From positions 6,820,001 to 6,884,000 of the forward strand of contig OX597825.1 in NCBI GenBank assembly GCA_951406725.2: a stretch of 64,000 nt of DNA, in the 5' to 3' direction. Source of the DNA: Octopus vulgaris (lineage: Eukaryota). The notes beneath the pieces were generated by a model. The model had not been told where the DNA came from, did not search any database, and saw nothing but the letters and a program-made list of their open reading frames with translations. The translations under genes and the position numbers were made by a program. Shown one piece after another: positions 12,786-25,640 of this stretch. Every line of letters starts with the position of its first letter. Within the stretch, counting starts at the first letter, position 1.

Positions 12786-12989
12786 AAGTAGATGTGGTCT
12801 GTCTATAATCCAGTAGATATTGACCCTTTGGCCCTTTGGCTGAAATACATTCGGGTGGTGAACTTGATTGTAAACACAGGTACATAAATAGAGAAAATAT
12901 ATCAGCAGGTAATTGAATGGGGATTAAAGTGGTTAAGAACAGTGTGTTATCAGGGAAAAGACTCCAGTAGTCTACACTGAAATCCTATA

Positions 12990-12997
12990 TAATAATG

Positions 12998-13067
<70 letters not shown>

Positions 13068-13111
13068 TAATGATAATAATAATAACAATAATGATAATAA
13101 TGATAATAATG

Positions 13112-13175
<64 letters not shown>

Positions 13176-13190
13176 TAATGATAATAACCA
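12990..13190. repeat. (AAT)n microsatellite
   Basis: About 200 bp of AAT/GAT/CAA triplets. Confidence 0.95.
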
Positions 13191-13199
13191 GCCCCTGTG

Positions 13200-13445
13200 G
13201 GATGGGATAGGAAAGTTATGGGGCATGAGGAAAGTAATGGTGATACCGGTGGTAACTGGAGCATTAGGGCAGTTTCCAAGGGCTTTTGAAAGACATATTA
13301 AAAATATTGGAGATGCTGACAGGCTCCAAGTGATTAAGAAGACAGCATTGCTGGGTAAAGCTTGTATTTTATGGAGAGTATTGTCTCTTTGGGTCACAGG
13401 AGAAGGCACCACTTGAAACCTTTTGTGATTTGATATTGCCTGCTT
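13200..13445 (+). pseudogene. R4/Dong-like (restriction-like endonuclease) non-LTR retrotransposon, extreme C-terminus
   Basis: RKVMVIPVVTGALGQFP...IKKTALLGKACILWRVL matches the V.V.P.V.GALG...QK.ALLGTA.ILR.VL terminus of R4-clade elements. Confidence 0.75.
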
Positions 13446-13539
13446 TTATGTAAAGGGTAACTGGTAATTAAGAACTGTCCAAGAGTCTTTCAGAACAACA
13501 ACAACAACAACGATGATGATGATGATGATGATGATGATG

Positions 13540-13569
<30 letters not shown>

Positions 13570-13570
<1 letters not shown>

Positions 13571-14560
13571 TATACAAAATAAGAGATTTAGAACAAAGCC
13601 AGGCGTAGAAATACTTAGAAATCGAGGAAATAGATATAGCACAGAACATTCAAATGAAAGAGAAGATAAGGAAGAACTACCATAGATGAGTTAATTATTT
13701 AAAACAGAGCTCAATGCTAAAAAAGAGATAATAGGTATTAACACTTAAGCTGTCTCAGTTAAAAGTTACAGTTGCAATATTCTTAATTGGACACTAAATG
13801 AAGTAACCAAACTAGAGAGGAAAACAAGAAAAATTATGACATAATTTGGGACACACCACTGAAAATCTGACATAGAAAGGTTATATATACGATGAATTGA
13901 AGGTGGTAGAAGCCTGATACAATTAGAAAAATATTACAAAATAACCACCATAGGAATACAGAAATATCTAATTCAGAAGCAAGGAAAACTAGTACAAATG
14001 GCCACAAAACACGAACAAAACAAAAAAACTATTTTCTGTTTTTAAGAAAGCCAAAAAAAAGAAAAAAAAAAGAAAGAAGAAAGAAGTCATAGTCCTGACA
14101 ACTGTGAAGAAAAAGAAAAAAGGAACAAAAGCTGTAAAATAAGGGAAATCCAAAATAAACTGAAATAACAAGGTAATATGATAAAATGATGGCAAGAAAA
14201 ACCCTTAAATGGCAGATACTGGGATGAGCTAAACAGAACAGAAACAAAGGGAAATTCCAACAATGGTTGAGAAGCTCAGGACTCAGACCAGAAACTGAAA
14301 GAATTTTACTTGCAGCACAAGATGAAAGCCTCCCCCGCCAGAAACACTTAATGAAGAAAAATACAACTGCAGAATATGTAGTGATGGGGAAGAAACAATA
14401 AATCATATTGTCCCTTGCTGCCTGGTCCTGGCTAAGAAGGAATATATGCACAGACAGAATGGGTTGGGACCTATATACACTGGAATCTATACCAGCGCAA
14501 TGGAATAACAACAGAAAAAAGATGGTAAGGACACACCTCAGAAAAGGTTGCAGAAAATAA
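13570..14560 (+). pseudogene. R4/Dong-like non-LTR retrotransposon, decayed RT thumb to zinc knuckle
   Basis: Fragments KYLEIEE, ELNAK, NWTLNEVTKLERKTRKIMT, KSDIERLYI..EGGRSL, GLRPETERILLAAQDESL and a CCHC knuckle CRIC...ETINHIVPCC. Many stops and frameshifts. Confidence 0.85.
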
Positions 14561-14658
14561 CTGTCTCTATTGTTAAACTGTCAGCAACAAACTAAAATAA
14601 AGATGTTGAAGGAACAAACAAATGTGTTCCACTCGCAATTAGATGAAATACTTTTACA

Positions 14659-14703
<45 letters not shown>

Positions 14704-15016
14704 CCACACACATACACACACCTAGACACAAGCACACAGACTCACACACAGAGACCCACATCCCTATCAACACACACACACACACACATCCAATATGTGG
14801 AACCATTAATGACCAACTGTTTTTTTTTCTCTCTCTCTCAATTTTTTTTCCTCTCATCACTTTCTGCTGAAGAGCACAAGCTCGAAACATCAAAGACTTT
14901 TTCACTTTTTTACCTGAGCATCAAACTAATACACCTGCTTGCTGTCCCCACACCAACTGTCTCTGCCTTTTGTTTTCTGTACATTTGAACTCTGTCTGTC
15001 TGTCTCTCTCTCTATA

Positions 15017-15150
15017 TCATCATCATCATTTAATGTCCGCCTTCCATGCTGGCATGGGTAGGACGGTTTGATAGGAGTTGGCCAGGCAGAAGCCTGCGCC
15101 AGACTTCTCTGTTTGTTTTGGCATGGTTTTTACAGCTGGATGCCCTTCCA
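15017..15150 (-). mobile_element. RTE 3' UTR fragment (family B)
   Basis: CATCATCAT-TTAATGTCCGCCTTCCATGCTGGCATGG...CAGCTGGATGCCCTTCC. Confidence 0.7.
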
Positions 15151-15692
15151 TAAACACACACACACACACACACACACATATGCATGCTCAAAACAAACAT
15201 GTATTGAGAGAGAAATAGAGAGGGAGGGAGAGAGAATCGAAAGGGAGTGAGAAGAGAGTGAGAGACGGGAAAGTTATATAGACAAAGTAATGTACAGATA
15301 AATGGCCAGTTAGAGAGAAGAAAAGCAGAAGGAAAGAATGGGTGGGTGGATGGAGAAGAGGAGAAGGAAGAGGAGGAGAAGACAATTTTATTCCAATCTT
15401 CACACAATATCTATATTTATGAGAACAGTTTGAGACAAATTATCGATCAGTGATCAAATCTATGTCATTTCCTATGAAAGTGTAGCATTTAAATTATTGC
15501 TGCAAAAAGTGGGTCTACCTACACAGGAGGAATATAAATGGCCGATTATGGAACCAGCCTCTCGTGAGACAGATGTGTGTGTGTGTATGTGTGTGCATGT
15601 GCATGCATGTATGTATGTGTGTGTATGTGTGTGTAGACGTCCTCATATGCTTCGTTTAGTATAATTATAGTCTGTTCATAAATCTATATATA

Positions 15693-15743
<51 letters not shown>

Positions 15744-16123
15744 ATGTATGTATGTATATATATATATATATGTATGTATATACTCATATTTGTTTGAGTG
15801 TATAAAAATTTGAATGTGTGTGTGTGAGCATGTTATGGTGTCCACATATGTGTATAATTATATGTGTATGTAATTATATACTTATGTGTGTGTGTGTGTG
15901 TGTGTGTGTGTATCACTGTCAGTACCTGCTAGTGTGTGCTTATGAATGAGTTTGCTGAATTTATTTCCAGCACAGTTATGAGGTACTTGAACATGGTCAG
16001 TTCTCCTCTCCACCTTTAAAAAGAACCACCTCCGCCACCACCACTGCCACTACGCTCTTCATCAACCTCATCGTTGTTCTCAATATGCTATGCTATATAT
16101 TTACACAGATATGCAGGCCATGT

Positions 16124-16124
<1 letters not shown>

Positions 16125-16167
<43 letters not shown>

Positions 16168-16274
16168 TATATACACATACATGTTTATATTATATATATA
16201 TATACACACATACATACATACATACATACATATATGTACATATATACATACATATGTGTGTGTATATATATGTA

Positions 16275-16345
<71 letters not shown>

Positions 16346-16410
16346 ATATATATACAGGCATATAAATATATACATATATACATACATACAAATCTATACA
16401 TATATATATA

Positions 16411-16441
<31 letters not shown>

Positions 16442-16465
16442 GCACACACACACACACACATATAT
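16125..16465. repeat. (TA)n/(CA)n compound microsatellite
   Basis: Directly visible. Confidence 0.95.
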
Positions 16466-17200
16466 TATGTGTGTAGATTGAGCGAGAGAGAGAGGGAGAG
16501 CAAGAAGGAGAGAGTGAAAGAGAGAAAAAAAGAGAGCAAGAACAAAAAAACAGACATCAAAATTTTAATATATATAAAGATTGTTTTTCATTATTTATTG
16601 ATAAAGACAATATATTAGGAAAATTTCTTTTTGACAGGCTTAAATAATTATAAAGTGAAAGAGAGGAAAGAAGGAAAACGAAGGAAATGAGAAGTGTCTA
16701 GACATGTGTAAATATACGAAAACATAGTGACTGGTTCATCATTTTCACTTGATAAATTCTACACACAAGCAAAGTATGGCTCTACTGTTAAACAACACAA
16801 TTTCTTCTCTTACTCATCAATTTTTGGTTTTATTTGACATATTTTATGTTGTTTTTCTGTTTTTACTATAAAGCAAATGTTTTTTCTAAAGCAGACCATT
16901 TGATAACCAGAAACATAAACTGCCGATATATTTTGTCTCTACACGGAAGGTGTTGATTTTTTTTTTTCAAAGAATATAGGAAGCTACATGGTTGTTTAAC
17001 TTCTGCTGACAATCTGCAGAGGCTGTGATGAAACAGATTCTAGCCATCATCACTTTTGACCGTTTAGAGGTATGAAGCAGTACATTATCTAAAATGCTCT
17101 TTCTTTAAAATGATAAGATGTAATTTGAAGGATATTTAATTGCTGTTTCTAGCAAGTTGACAGGCCATATAGAGTCTCCCTCATTGCTCTGTATATGCAA

Positions 17201-17482
17201 TGAGTTGTTTGTTCCTTCTCGAGCCACGCCTGGCTCATAAGGGCTGGTTTCCCAGTTTCCTTGGTGTATAGGTTCCCCACCTGGATGGCACACCGGTCCG
17301 TCACAGGTGAGCTGCAAGATGCAGGAGGAAAGAGTGAGAGAAAGTTGTGGCGAAAGAGTCTGGAGCCGCGTGGAGCTTAGGTATTTCTCTCATAAACACA
17401 CACATCGCCTAGTCTGAGATTCGAACCCGCGACCCCTCAACCAAGAGTCCACTGTTCTAACCACTAGGCCATGTGCCTCCAC
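17201..17482 (-). mobile_element. SINE family C with 8-bp TSD
   Basis: Homologous to 10257-10551. ATATGCAA at 17193-17200 and 17483-17490. Confidence 0.85.
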
Positions 17483-17729
17483 ATATGCAAGGAGAGGCTG
17501 TGATAAAACACATTCTAGCCATCATCACTTTTGACCATTTAGGGGTATGAAGCAGTGCATTATCTAAAATGCTCTTTCTTTAAAATGATAAGATGTAATT
17601 TGAAGGATATTTAATTGCTGTTTCTAGCAAGTTGACATGCTATATAGAGGCTCCCACATTGATCTGTATATGCAAGGAGAGGCTGTTATAAAACTCATTC
17701 AAGCCATCATCACTTTTGACCTTTTAGAG

Positions 17730-18078
17730 TAGGGGTTCTCATCCATTTTTCATCTATGTACCCCTTCGATTACTATTTTATTCTGGTGGACCCCTTAGCC
17801 ATTGGATGCTTAAAATCTAGTTTTATAAGAACCCTTTTAAAAATTCCTAGTTTGTTTTTCGCACATTAACTTGTGGAGTTTGAACTATTTAAAATGTTAG
17901 AGAAAGAAACCTGGCTGTTTCTTGCAATATGTACCAATACATACATCCTAATCAAAATTTTTTCAGAGGCCCTCAAAATACTATCGTGGATCTGCAAATC
18001 ACTATTTCCTTGCATGGATCCCCAAAAATCTCATATAGACCCTCAGGGGACATATGGACCCCCAGCTGAAAACCACTG
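17730..18078. mobile_element. hAT (Charlie-like) MITE
   Basis: Degenerate TIRs TAGGGGTTCTCA / TGAAAACCACTG; 8-bp TSD TTTTAGAG (17722-17729) / TTTTGGAG (18079-18086). Homologous to 35564-36486. Confidence 0.75.
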
Positions 18079-18994
18079 TTTTGGAGGTATCAAGGAGTAT
18101 ATTATTTAAAATGCTCTTTCTTTAAAATGATAAGATGTGATTTGAAAGATATTTGACTGGTATTTCTGGCAGGTTGACAGGCCACATAGAGGTTCCCTCA
18201 TTGTTCTATTTATGCAATGTTTGAATGAGAGAACATATTTATATCTTTAAAAAGGGAATCAGTAACATGAGGGAAGCATATGCATTTCAACTTTAATCAG
18301 AATTATAAAACAGAAACATAATTTCTGTTTTATAATGCTCACCACTTCGACAATGAAACAATAATTATTGGAGGAAAATCCTAACTGAGTTTTAGTTTTA
18401 AACTTCTGAGAATTTCAGGCTGCCATCGTCTGATTGTAAAATATCTCAGTCACACAATGAGATGGATTTAATTGGTGTTTTCATAATTTTGACAAATATT
18501 TTTGTATGCAGCAATAATTCAGTCATCCACCCCTCTCTCTCTGTCTCTCCCTCCCCCTTCTCTCTCTGTCTCTCCCCCCCTCTCTCTCACATACACACAG
18601 ATACATTGGTGACTTAAAAATTTTCTTTTCCACAACAAACATTATAATTAAAGACTGACATTAGACTGGCTTTTAATTAGTCCCTATAAACAATAATTTA
18701 GGCAGACTGCTGCCTTTTGTGTCTACAGTTCTTGGGAGATCTTAAAACTCTTTGGAAACTCTTGTTTAAGCTTGTAATTTTGCATCAACATAATGATAAT
18801 CATCATCATTATAATAATCTTCATAGCTTTGTTTTAATTGATGTTTAGCTGTCATCAGAGTTTGAAATATTCTCTGTGCAGTTTATTAAAAAAACAAGAA
18901 AAATCACTTGATAAATTGAACTTTTCTATGTAATAAGGAGAGAAAACGCTGAACTGAGTCAACAACGATCCCTTGAGGGTGCTTATTTTATATA

Positions 18995-19505
18995 ATAATA
19001 ATGAAATTATTGTGTACAGTGCTCAGGAGCACCACAACTTGTCAAAAGTGCATATAAAGCATATGCAGTAATGTACAAATGTCTGGAAAGTGAACAGTGT
19101 ATGAGTCAGATACATGCTTGCGTGTGTATGGAGGGGAGAAAATCAGGTGTAGTGTTGGTGAATCTCAGGAGACATGGAAGTTTTGAAGGATGCAGTGCTC
19201 CGACAACTAACAACTGATGCCGGCAGTTTGTTCCATGCTTCAGCAACTCTTAGTGTGAAAAAATGTTTCCGAAAGTCATGGGAGCTGTGCTGTTTTCTGA
19301 CTTTGTAAACATGCCCACGGGTGTTAGACAGATGGAGTTTGAAAAGGTGCTCAGAGTTATTGTTTGTAAGATGGTTAATAATTTTATGGATGTCTGCCAA
19401 GTCAGCTGCCAGATGTCAGAGTTTCAATGTATCCATGCCCAGGGAAGTAAGGCATTCAGAATATGGCAAATGCCTGATGGAGGGTATTCTCTTTGTTGCA
19501 CGTCA
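18995..19505 (-). pseudogene. CR1-clade LINE, 5'-truncated 3' end
   Basis: ATKRIPSIRHLPYSECLTSLGMDTLKL*HLAADLADIHKII...NTRGHVYKV...RKHFFTLRVAEAWNKLPASVV...FK, carrying the TRGH and FF..RV...WN.LP motifs of CR1 ORF2. Followed by a 3' UTR and (ATT)n tail. Confidence 0.9.
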
Positions 19506-20699
19506 TATGTGTATGTGTGTTTGTGAATATCCTAAGATATTCACAATAATGAAATTTAAAATGGTAGAAAGTAAAAATGATCTGTGTGCCAAAGCTGTAA
19601 GAAACCATTTTAAATTCCTCTTCCTTTCCTCAACATATTGGGTTCTGATAAATCCAAGAATTCATAAACTTGCATTGGAAACTGTATCTTTCTCCTGCCA
19701 TTTACTTTGTAATGGAGTGTAAAAACTAGCCATGTTCAATGTTGCAAGCCATTGATAGTTTTAAGTAAAGAATTATGCTGGAAGCAGAATTTGAGAAATT
19801 TACTGTCTACAAAGACTGTAAAGTGTTTACAAAGACACTTTTTTCACTTCATAAAATGGTGAGGTGTGTCGTTGATGTGTTAAATTTGAGAATGTGAAAT
19901 ATGGTATGTTTAAGAAGATGAAAGAGGTTGGATGCAAAGAAGAGAAATTAAATTTATTCTTAGCAAAATGTGATATGAATTTGAGAGAAGAATTGTACAT
20001 AAGATGACATAAAGAAAAACAATGCAAATATTAGAGAGAAAAATATGTCAGCATTGGTTAAGGTATTTGAGTAAAATATGTGATATGGCATTGGTTTTGA
20101 AAAACCTGCTGGTGAATGAGACTTGATTGTTAAAAAGTCATAATTTAGACAATGAAAAGTTGGAATAATGTAGGTAAATGTGATGGAAGAGAGTTGCATT
20201 TTTTTTCTATAAATTAAACATTATGCCAGTGAGGAAAAAAAATTTGAAATACACAATTAGCAGTTCATCACTCACATGCATACACATGCTTACACACATA
20301 CACAAGCACACACACGCTTCCACACATACACACATACATACACACACATATACACACACTTACACACGTCTTCAGACAACTGTTTCAATGCGTGAGAGTC
20401 TGCCAAAAGCTAACAATGTCTTCCATTCTTAAAATTGAAGCAGCGTTTAATTATTCTGCGAGTTCTAATATAATTATTTACCTCATCCAAAATAATTTAC
20501 ACTTGGGTGAAGTGGAATGGCTTCAATAAGAAATTAAAAACTATGGTTTGCCAAAATAAAAAAATGTTAAAAAAAAAAAAAGTCGTTGATAAAGGATTGA
20601 TTCCTTGGAGAAAATGCCATTGTCTCACAAGAGAGATGGCTGCCAGAGAAATTAGTACCAGAAGCAGTTCTGAATTGGTACTTCAACTACTAACTCTTT

Positions 20700-20736
20700 G
20701 ACATCAGCAGCAACTGCAGTAGCAGCAGCAGCAGCG

Positions 20737-20776
<40 letters not shown>

Positions 20777-20789
20777 CAGCAGCAGCTGC

Positions 20790-20833
<44 letters not shown>

Positions 20834-20941
20834 CAGCAGCAGGTGTATTATTATTAGTAGAAGTAGTAGTAGTAGTATCAGTAGTAGTAGTAGAAGCAGC
20901 AGTAGTAGTAGCAGCTGCAGTATTATTATTATTATTATTAT

Positions 20942-20972
<31 letters not shown>

Positions 20973-20991
20973 TGTAGTAGCAGCAGCAGTA

Positions 20992-21032
<41 letters not shown>

Positions 21033-21055
21033 GTAGTAGTAGTAGTAGTAGTGGT
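20700..21055. repeat. (GTA)/(GCA)/(TTA)n microsatellite
   Basis: Directly visible. Confidence 0.95.
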
Positions 21056-21319
21056 GTTAGTAACATCATCAGCTGTAGCTTTCTATTATAACAATATGGT
21101 TAACAACCTAATTAAAAGCCGCTAATCACCTGATTATTGTTCATTGATTACAGCAATTCTATTCAAGGTAAATCACATTCACTACGGACTGACACTCGTT
21201 GCTGTTGTTTGACTGGTTTCGTCCTGATTGAGCTATTCTATAAGGAAAAGCAATTCAGATGTGACCATCTAGAAAAAAAAAACAAAAAACAACTGGTGCC
21301 CCCCACCTCAGCTACAATG

Positions 21320-21446
21320 ATGAGGGTTCCGGCTAATCCAAAGAACGGAACAGCTTGCTCTTGAAATTAATATGCAAGTGGCTGAGGACTCCACAGACAT
21401 GCATACCCTTAATGGAGTTCTCGGGGAGATTCAGCATGACACAGAA
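21320..21446 (-). mobile_element. SINE family E tail fragment
   Basis: Homologous to 43205-43350 and to the reverse complement of 62310-62450. Confidence 0.65.
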
Positions 21447-21557
21447 TTAGACCTGACCAAAGTCTACAGAACAACAATACCAACAGAACAACATCTGTCA
21501 TACATTATTTACATTATTTACATTTGACGGATATTTGTCCTCATCTTGTTTGTTGTT

Positions 21558-21600
21558 AACACGTTTCGGCTGATATACCCTCCTGCCTTCATCAGGTGTC
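21558..21600 (-). ncRNA. Degenerate minimal type I hammerhead ribozyme motif
   Basis: GACAC CUGAUGA A GGCAG..CAGCC GAA ACGU GUU: core intact, but a 3-nt deletion at the cleavage site/stem I and a stem II mismatch relative to 47237-47282. Confidence 0.5.
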
Positions 21601-21646
21601 TTGGGAAAATTTGGGACTTGGGTTCTCATCCTAAGGTATTTTTCAA

Positions 21647-21700
<54 letters not shown>

Positions 21701-21701
21701 C

Positions 21702-22146
21702 ATTGAGTGAGAGAGCAGTGCATGCCATCAAAGTGACACTGGGGTAAAATATACGAAGCCCAATATACCCATCATGACTACCCGTCTGATAAGGGTACAC
21801 TAAACACATGCATCACAACCATATGTGCGCGACATGGTGATCTCATATCAAGATAAACAGCACATGACCTTGCAGGTGGGGACCAGTTAGAATATTCTTC
21901 TGGTCGATTAACCCATCCCGCTCAAACGGTCCCTGAATAAGAGTTGTTTAAGGATGTTGAACGAAACATCAATGTTTCCAGAGGTGAATTATTCAAACCC
22001 CAAAGAATCCCTCTCAACACATGGCTATGATGCTCCCCCACTACTTCTGCTCGTGGTCAGAGATGCACATATCGTCAGCCACTAAAGGACATGTTCAACT
22101 GGTTATGGTCAAACAACTGACAAGCAAATCTGTAGTATTGAGCAGA

Positions 22147-22147
<1 letters not shown>
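21702..22147 (-). mobile_element. Unclassified interspersed repeat inserted in (AAT)n, possibly a LINE 3' UTR
   Basis: 21908-22147 is the reverse complement of 63760-64000; flanked on both sides by (TTA)n. Confidence 0.7.
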
Positions 22148-22204
<57 letters not shown>

Positions 22205-23234
22205 TCACTGCTTGGAATCAAACTCAGAATCTTGGGGTTAGTAGCCATGTTCTTAACCACTATGCCATATGCCCGTGGGCATATGATGAAGGCTGGAGGG
22301 TATATCAGCCAAAATGTTGTGTTAACTACAAACAAGATGAGGACAAATATCCATCAAATGTAAATATTGCACCTAATTCTTCATCTCTTAAATATAGAAC
22401 TGTAACATCTGTCATGTATTAATTATATTGAACATCACCATGATACTTATTAACTGTGAAGGGACATGGAAGATCTTGAGAAGTCTGCAAAACAATATCT
22501 AAGTTGCAATGTCCAATATTGGTTCTAGACTTGATCTCTTATGCTTCATGTAACTAACTGTAGAGCATGTGGGTGCGTATTTGTGTATATTAGTGGCTGT
22601 GTTTGTAAGTGTATTTCAGAGTGTGTCTGTGTGTGTTAGTAGGTGTGTGTGTGTGTGTGTGTGTATGCATGTCTGTGTGTTTGTGATGTTTGCCAATGCA
22701 AAGAGAGAGGCTATTAACCATCTTTATTTATAAATACCAGTTAGTAAATCTCCGTGGTTATATTTTAAAGTTCAGTGTGTAAGTTTTAGCAAGAACATAC
22801 ATATCGACAAAAAACCACTGAACTTTAATGTTACAATGTATCTATAATAATACAGCAGATTCTCGCAAACTTATAAAACAATATCAAAAAAAAGAAAACG
22901 AATTATAAAAAAAAAACCCCACAAAAAAACAAGCAAAAGCTACTGGAACAGTGTTTAGAAAAGGCAGAATGTTGTTGATAATGATCGACTGGTATTTATA
23001 TGTCAACATTCTAGTTTCAGAAGAAACCTTCTATGAGAGTTATTAAGTTTAGAGTAAAGCATAAGGAAAGCAGAGTATTATCTACCTGGGAAGGCAGTGA
23101 CGTTGCTGTTGTTGTTGTTGCTGCTGTTGTTGTTATTGGTGGTGATGGTGGTGGTGATGGTGGTGGTGGTGATTAAAGTCTTAACATTATTTAGATCCCA
23201 TTATCGTCATGCAACAGTACACATACACACACAC

Positions 23235-23515
<281 letters not shown>

Positions 23516-24549
23516 CACACACACAGAGACAAATACAGTTTATGAATATACAAATGAAGGAAAAGTGAGATAGTCTCAGCAGAGATTAGATACAGGAGAA
23601 GTAAAAAACAAAAAACAAAACAAAACAAAACAAAAACAAACAAAAAAGAGACTTAGTTGTTGGAAAAAGTGAGATAAAGAGTGAATCTAAGAGTGAGAGA
23701 GAGAGGGGGAGGGTAGAGTAGTGGGTGGGGGTGGGGGAGAGAGAGAGAAAAGGCAGTGACTGTAAAAATTGTCAGAAAATATCTATTTCTAATCCCAACA
23801 AGTAATAAATCCTGTCTCTGGTGGAATGCGGATTAATCAAAAGGTATTTTTGGTCAAGTTTCTTCCTTTTCCGAAGCAACGCAACACTTGTTTTTCTTTT
23901 AGCCAAGTGCACCTAGCCCCTCTCTGCCACCCCATTCCCCTCCTTACCACTGTCCCACTCACACACACACACACATACAATATCATCTTTAGCTGTTATC
24001 TCACTCTATCCTCCATTTCTTCTTCCTCTCCTTCACTCCACCCCACCCCCCGTCACCATCATCATCATCATCATCGGCAACGCTGATGCCAACCTGACCA
24101 CACTAACCACTATCCTTAGCCATCAGCTTGTTGCTTTAAGTAATTACAACGGCTGAAGTTGTCATGTTATCATGGAAGAAGTTTTCCAGCAGCTTAGCCG
24201 AAATGGAGAGATTTGCTTTACATCAATATTTACACAATGTTTCGGAGGTTCAGTAATTGATGCGTGCTTAACATACTGGGACATGTGTTTCTTTTCAGAT
24301 GCTGATGAGGAAGTGTAGCAGAACAAGGCTGGGCATTGCTGTGTAGAATGTTGTTAGAATGAGCTTCCTTCAAACACTGTGGAGCAGTGGTTTCCAGACT
24401 TTTTCAGGCTGCTGCCCTCTTCAAACCAGGCCACATTCCTACCACCCTTCCTCACCATCAACATCATCACCACAACCATAGACCGCTTTCTGCAGCAAAT
24501 TCAAAACAACTGTATTTCACAAATAAAACTTAAGTTAACCCATTATTTG

Positions 24550-25120
24550 GGGTTGTCACCCCAACATTGCTTGACAACCGATGCTGGTGTGCTTACGTTA
24601 CCGTAACTTAGCAGTTCGACAAAAGATACCCATTGAATAAGTACTAGGCTTACAAAGAATAAGTCCCAGGGTCAATTTGCTTGACTAAAGGCAGTGCTCC
24701 AGCATGGCCGCAGTCAAAGGACTGAAACAAGTAAAAGAATAAAAGAGTGCCTAGGTGACCTGCTAATCAGTGGAGGAGGTCGTACAGAAAGTGTAATTGC
24801 AGTGGCTGTGTGGTAAGTAGCTTGCTTACCAACCACATGGTCCCAGTGCCACATAAAAAGCACTGGTAATGGTGCCATATAAAAGCACAACTGCTGGTGC
24901 CACATTAAAAAAACACTGGTGATGGTGCCATGTAAAAAGCATCCAGTACACTTTGTAAAAGGGTTGGCATTAGTAAGAGCATCCAGCTGTAGAAACCATG
25001 CCAAAACAGACCATTGGAGCCTGGTGAAATCCCAGCCCTTACCAGTTCTTGTCAAGCTGTCCAACTCATGCCGGCATGGAAAAACGGATGTTAAATGACA
25101 ACGACGACAATGATGATGAT
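24550..25120 (+). mobile_element. SINE A 3' half, then SINE A head fused to an RTE 3' UTR
   Basis: 24550-24748 family A tail; 24800-24845 GTGGCTGTGTGGTAAGTAGCTTGC head; 24845-25120 short GTGCCAYRTAAAAGCAC repeats and family B end with (GAT)n. Confidence 0.7.
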
Positions 25121-25606
25121 CTTCTCTAATAATTAGCCCCATAGAATGCAACGAGAGAGTATAAACTATGTAATATAAATATATCGCATAACATAATGAT
25201 ATATCAACTAAAATAAACGTATTGACTATTGGTGTTTCATTGACAGAGACAGTTCTAGAAGCCATTTACACTGGATAACCATAAAGAAACCATTGAAAGA
25301 TTATGTTTATGTTATTACTTTCACCGCCAAGATTTATTGGAAGATTTCAGCTGACAAAATCTTCCTACAGCAGCATTCTAACCAATGTGGGTTTGGGTTC
25401 AGTCCTGCTGCAAGACATCTCAGACAACAAGGATCTTCTACTATCGGCCGCAGGCTAACCAAAGCCTTGTCACTGGATTTGGTATACAGAAACTGAAAGA
25501 ATCTCATCATATGTGTGTGTGTGTGTGTTTATATATGTGTGTGTGTCTGTGTGTGTGTATATGTGCATATATATACATACATAATATATATATATGTATA
25601 TACATG

Positions 25607-25640
<34 letters not shown>

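Larger units (their letters stand above)
17018..18217. repeat. Three tandem copies of a ~185-bp unit, interrupted by two insertions
   Basis: AGAGGCTGT.AT.AAAC..ATTC.AGCCATCATCACTTTTGACC...AAAATGCTCTTTCTTTAAAATGATAAGATGT...TATGCAA starts at about 17018, 17493 and 17678. Confidence 0.9.
21502..22403 (-). mobile_element. Non-autonomous Penelope-like element: inverted tail + tRNA-like head + (AAT)n + hammerhead tail, with a secondary insertion
   Basis: 12-bp TSD AACATCTGTCAT at 21490-21501 and 22404-22415. Tail copies at 21502-21645 (-) and 22283-22403 (+). Head at 22274-22200 with TGGCATAGTGG and GAGTTTGATTCC. Confidence 0.75.

Noticed and set aside
24385-24420. hAT-like TIR start CAGTGGTTTCCAGACTTTTT
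   Set aside because: No matching right TIR or TSD found.
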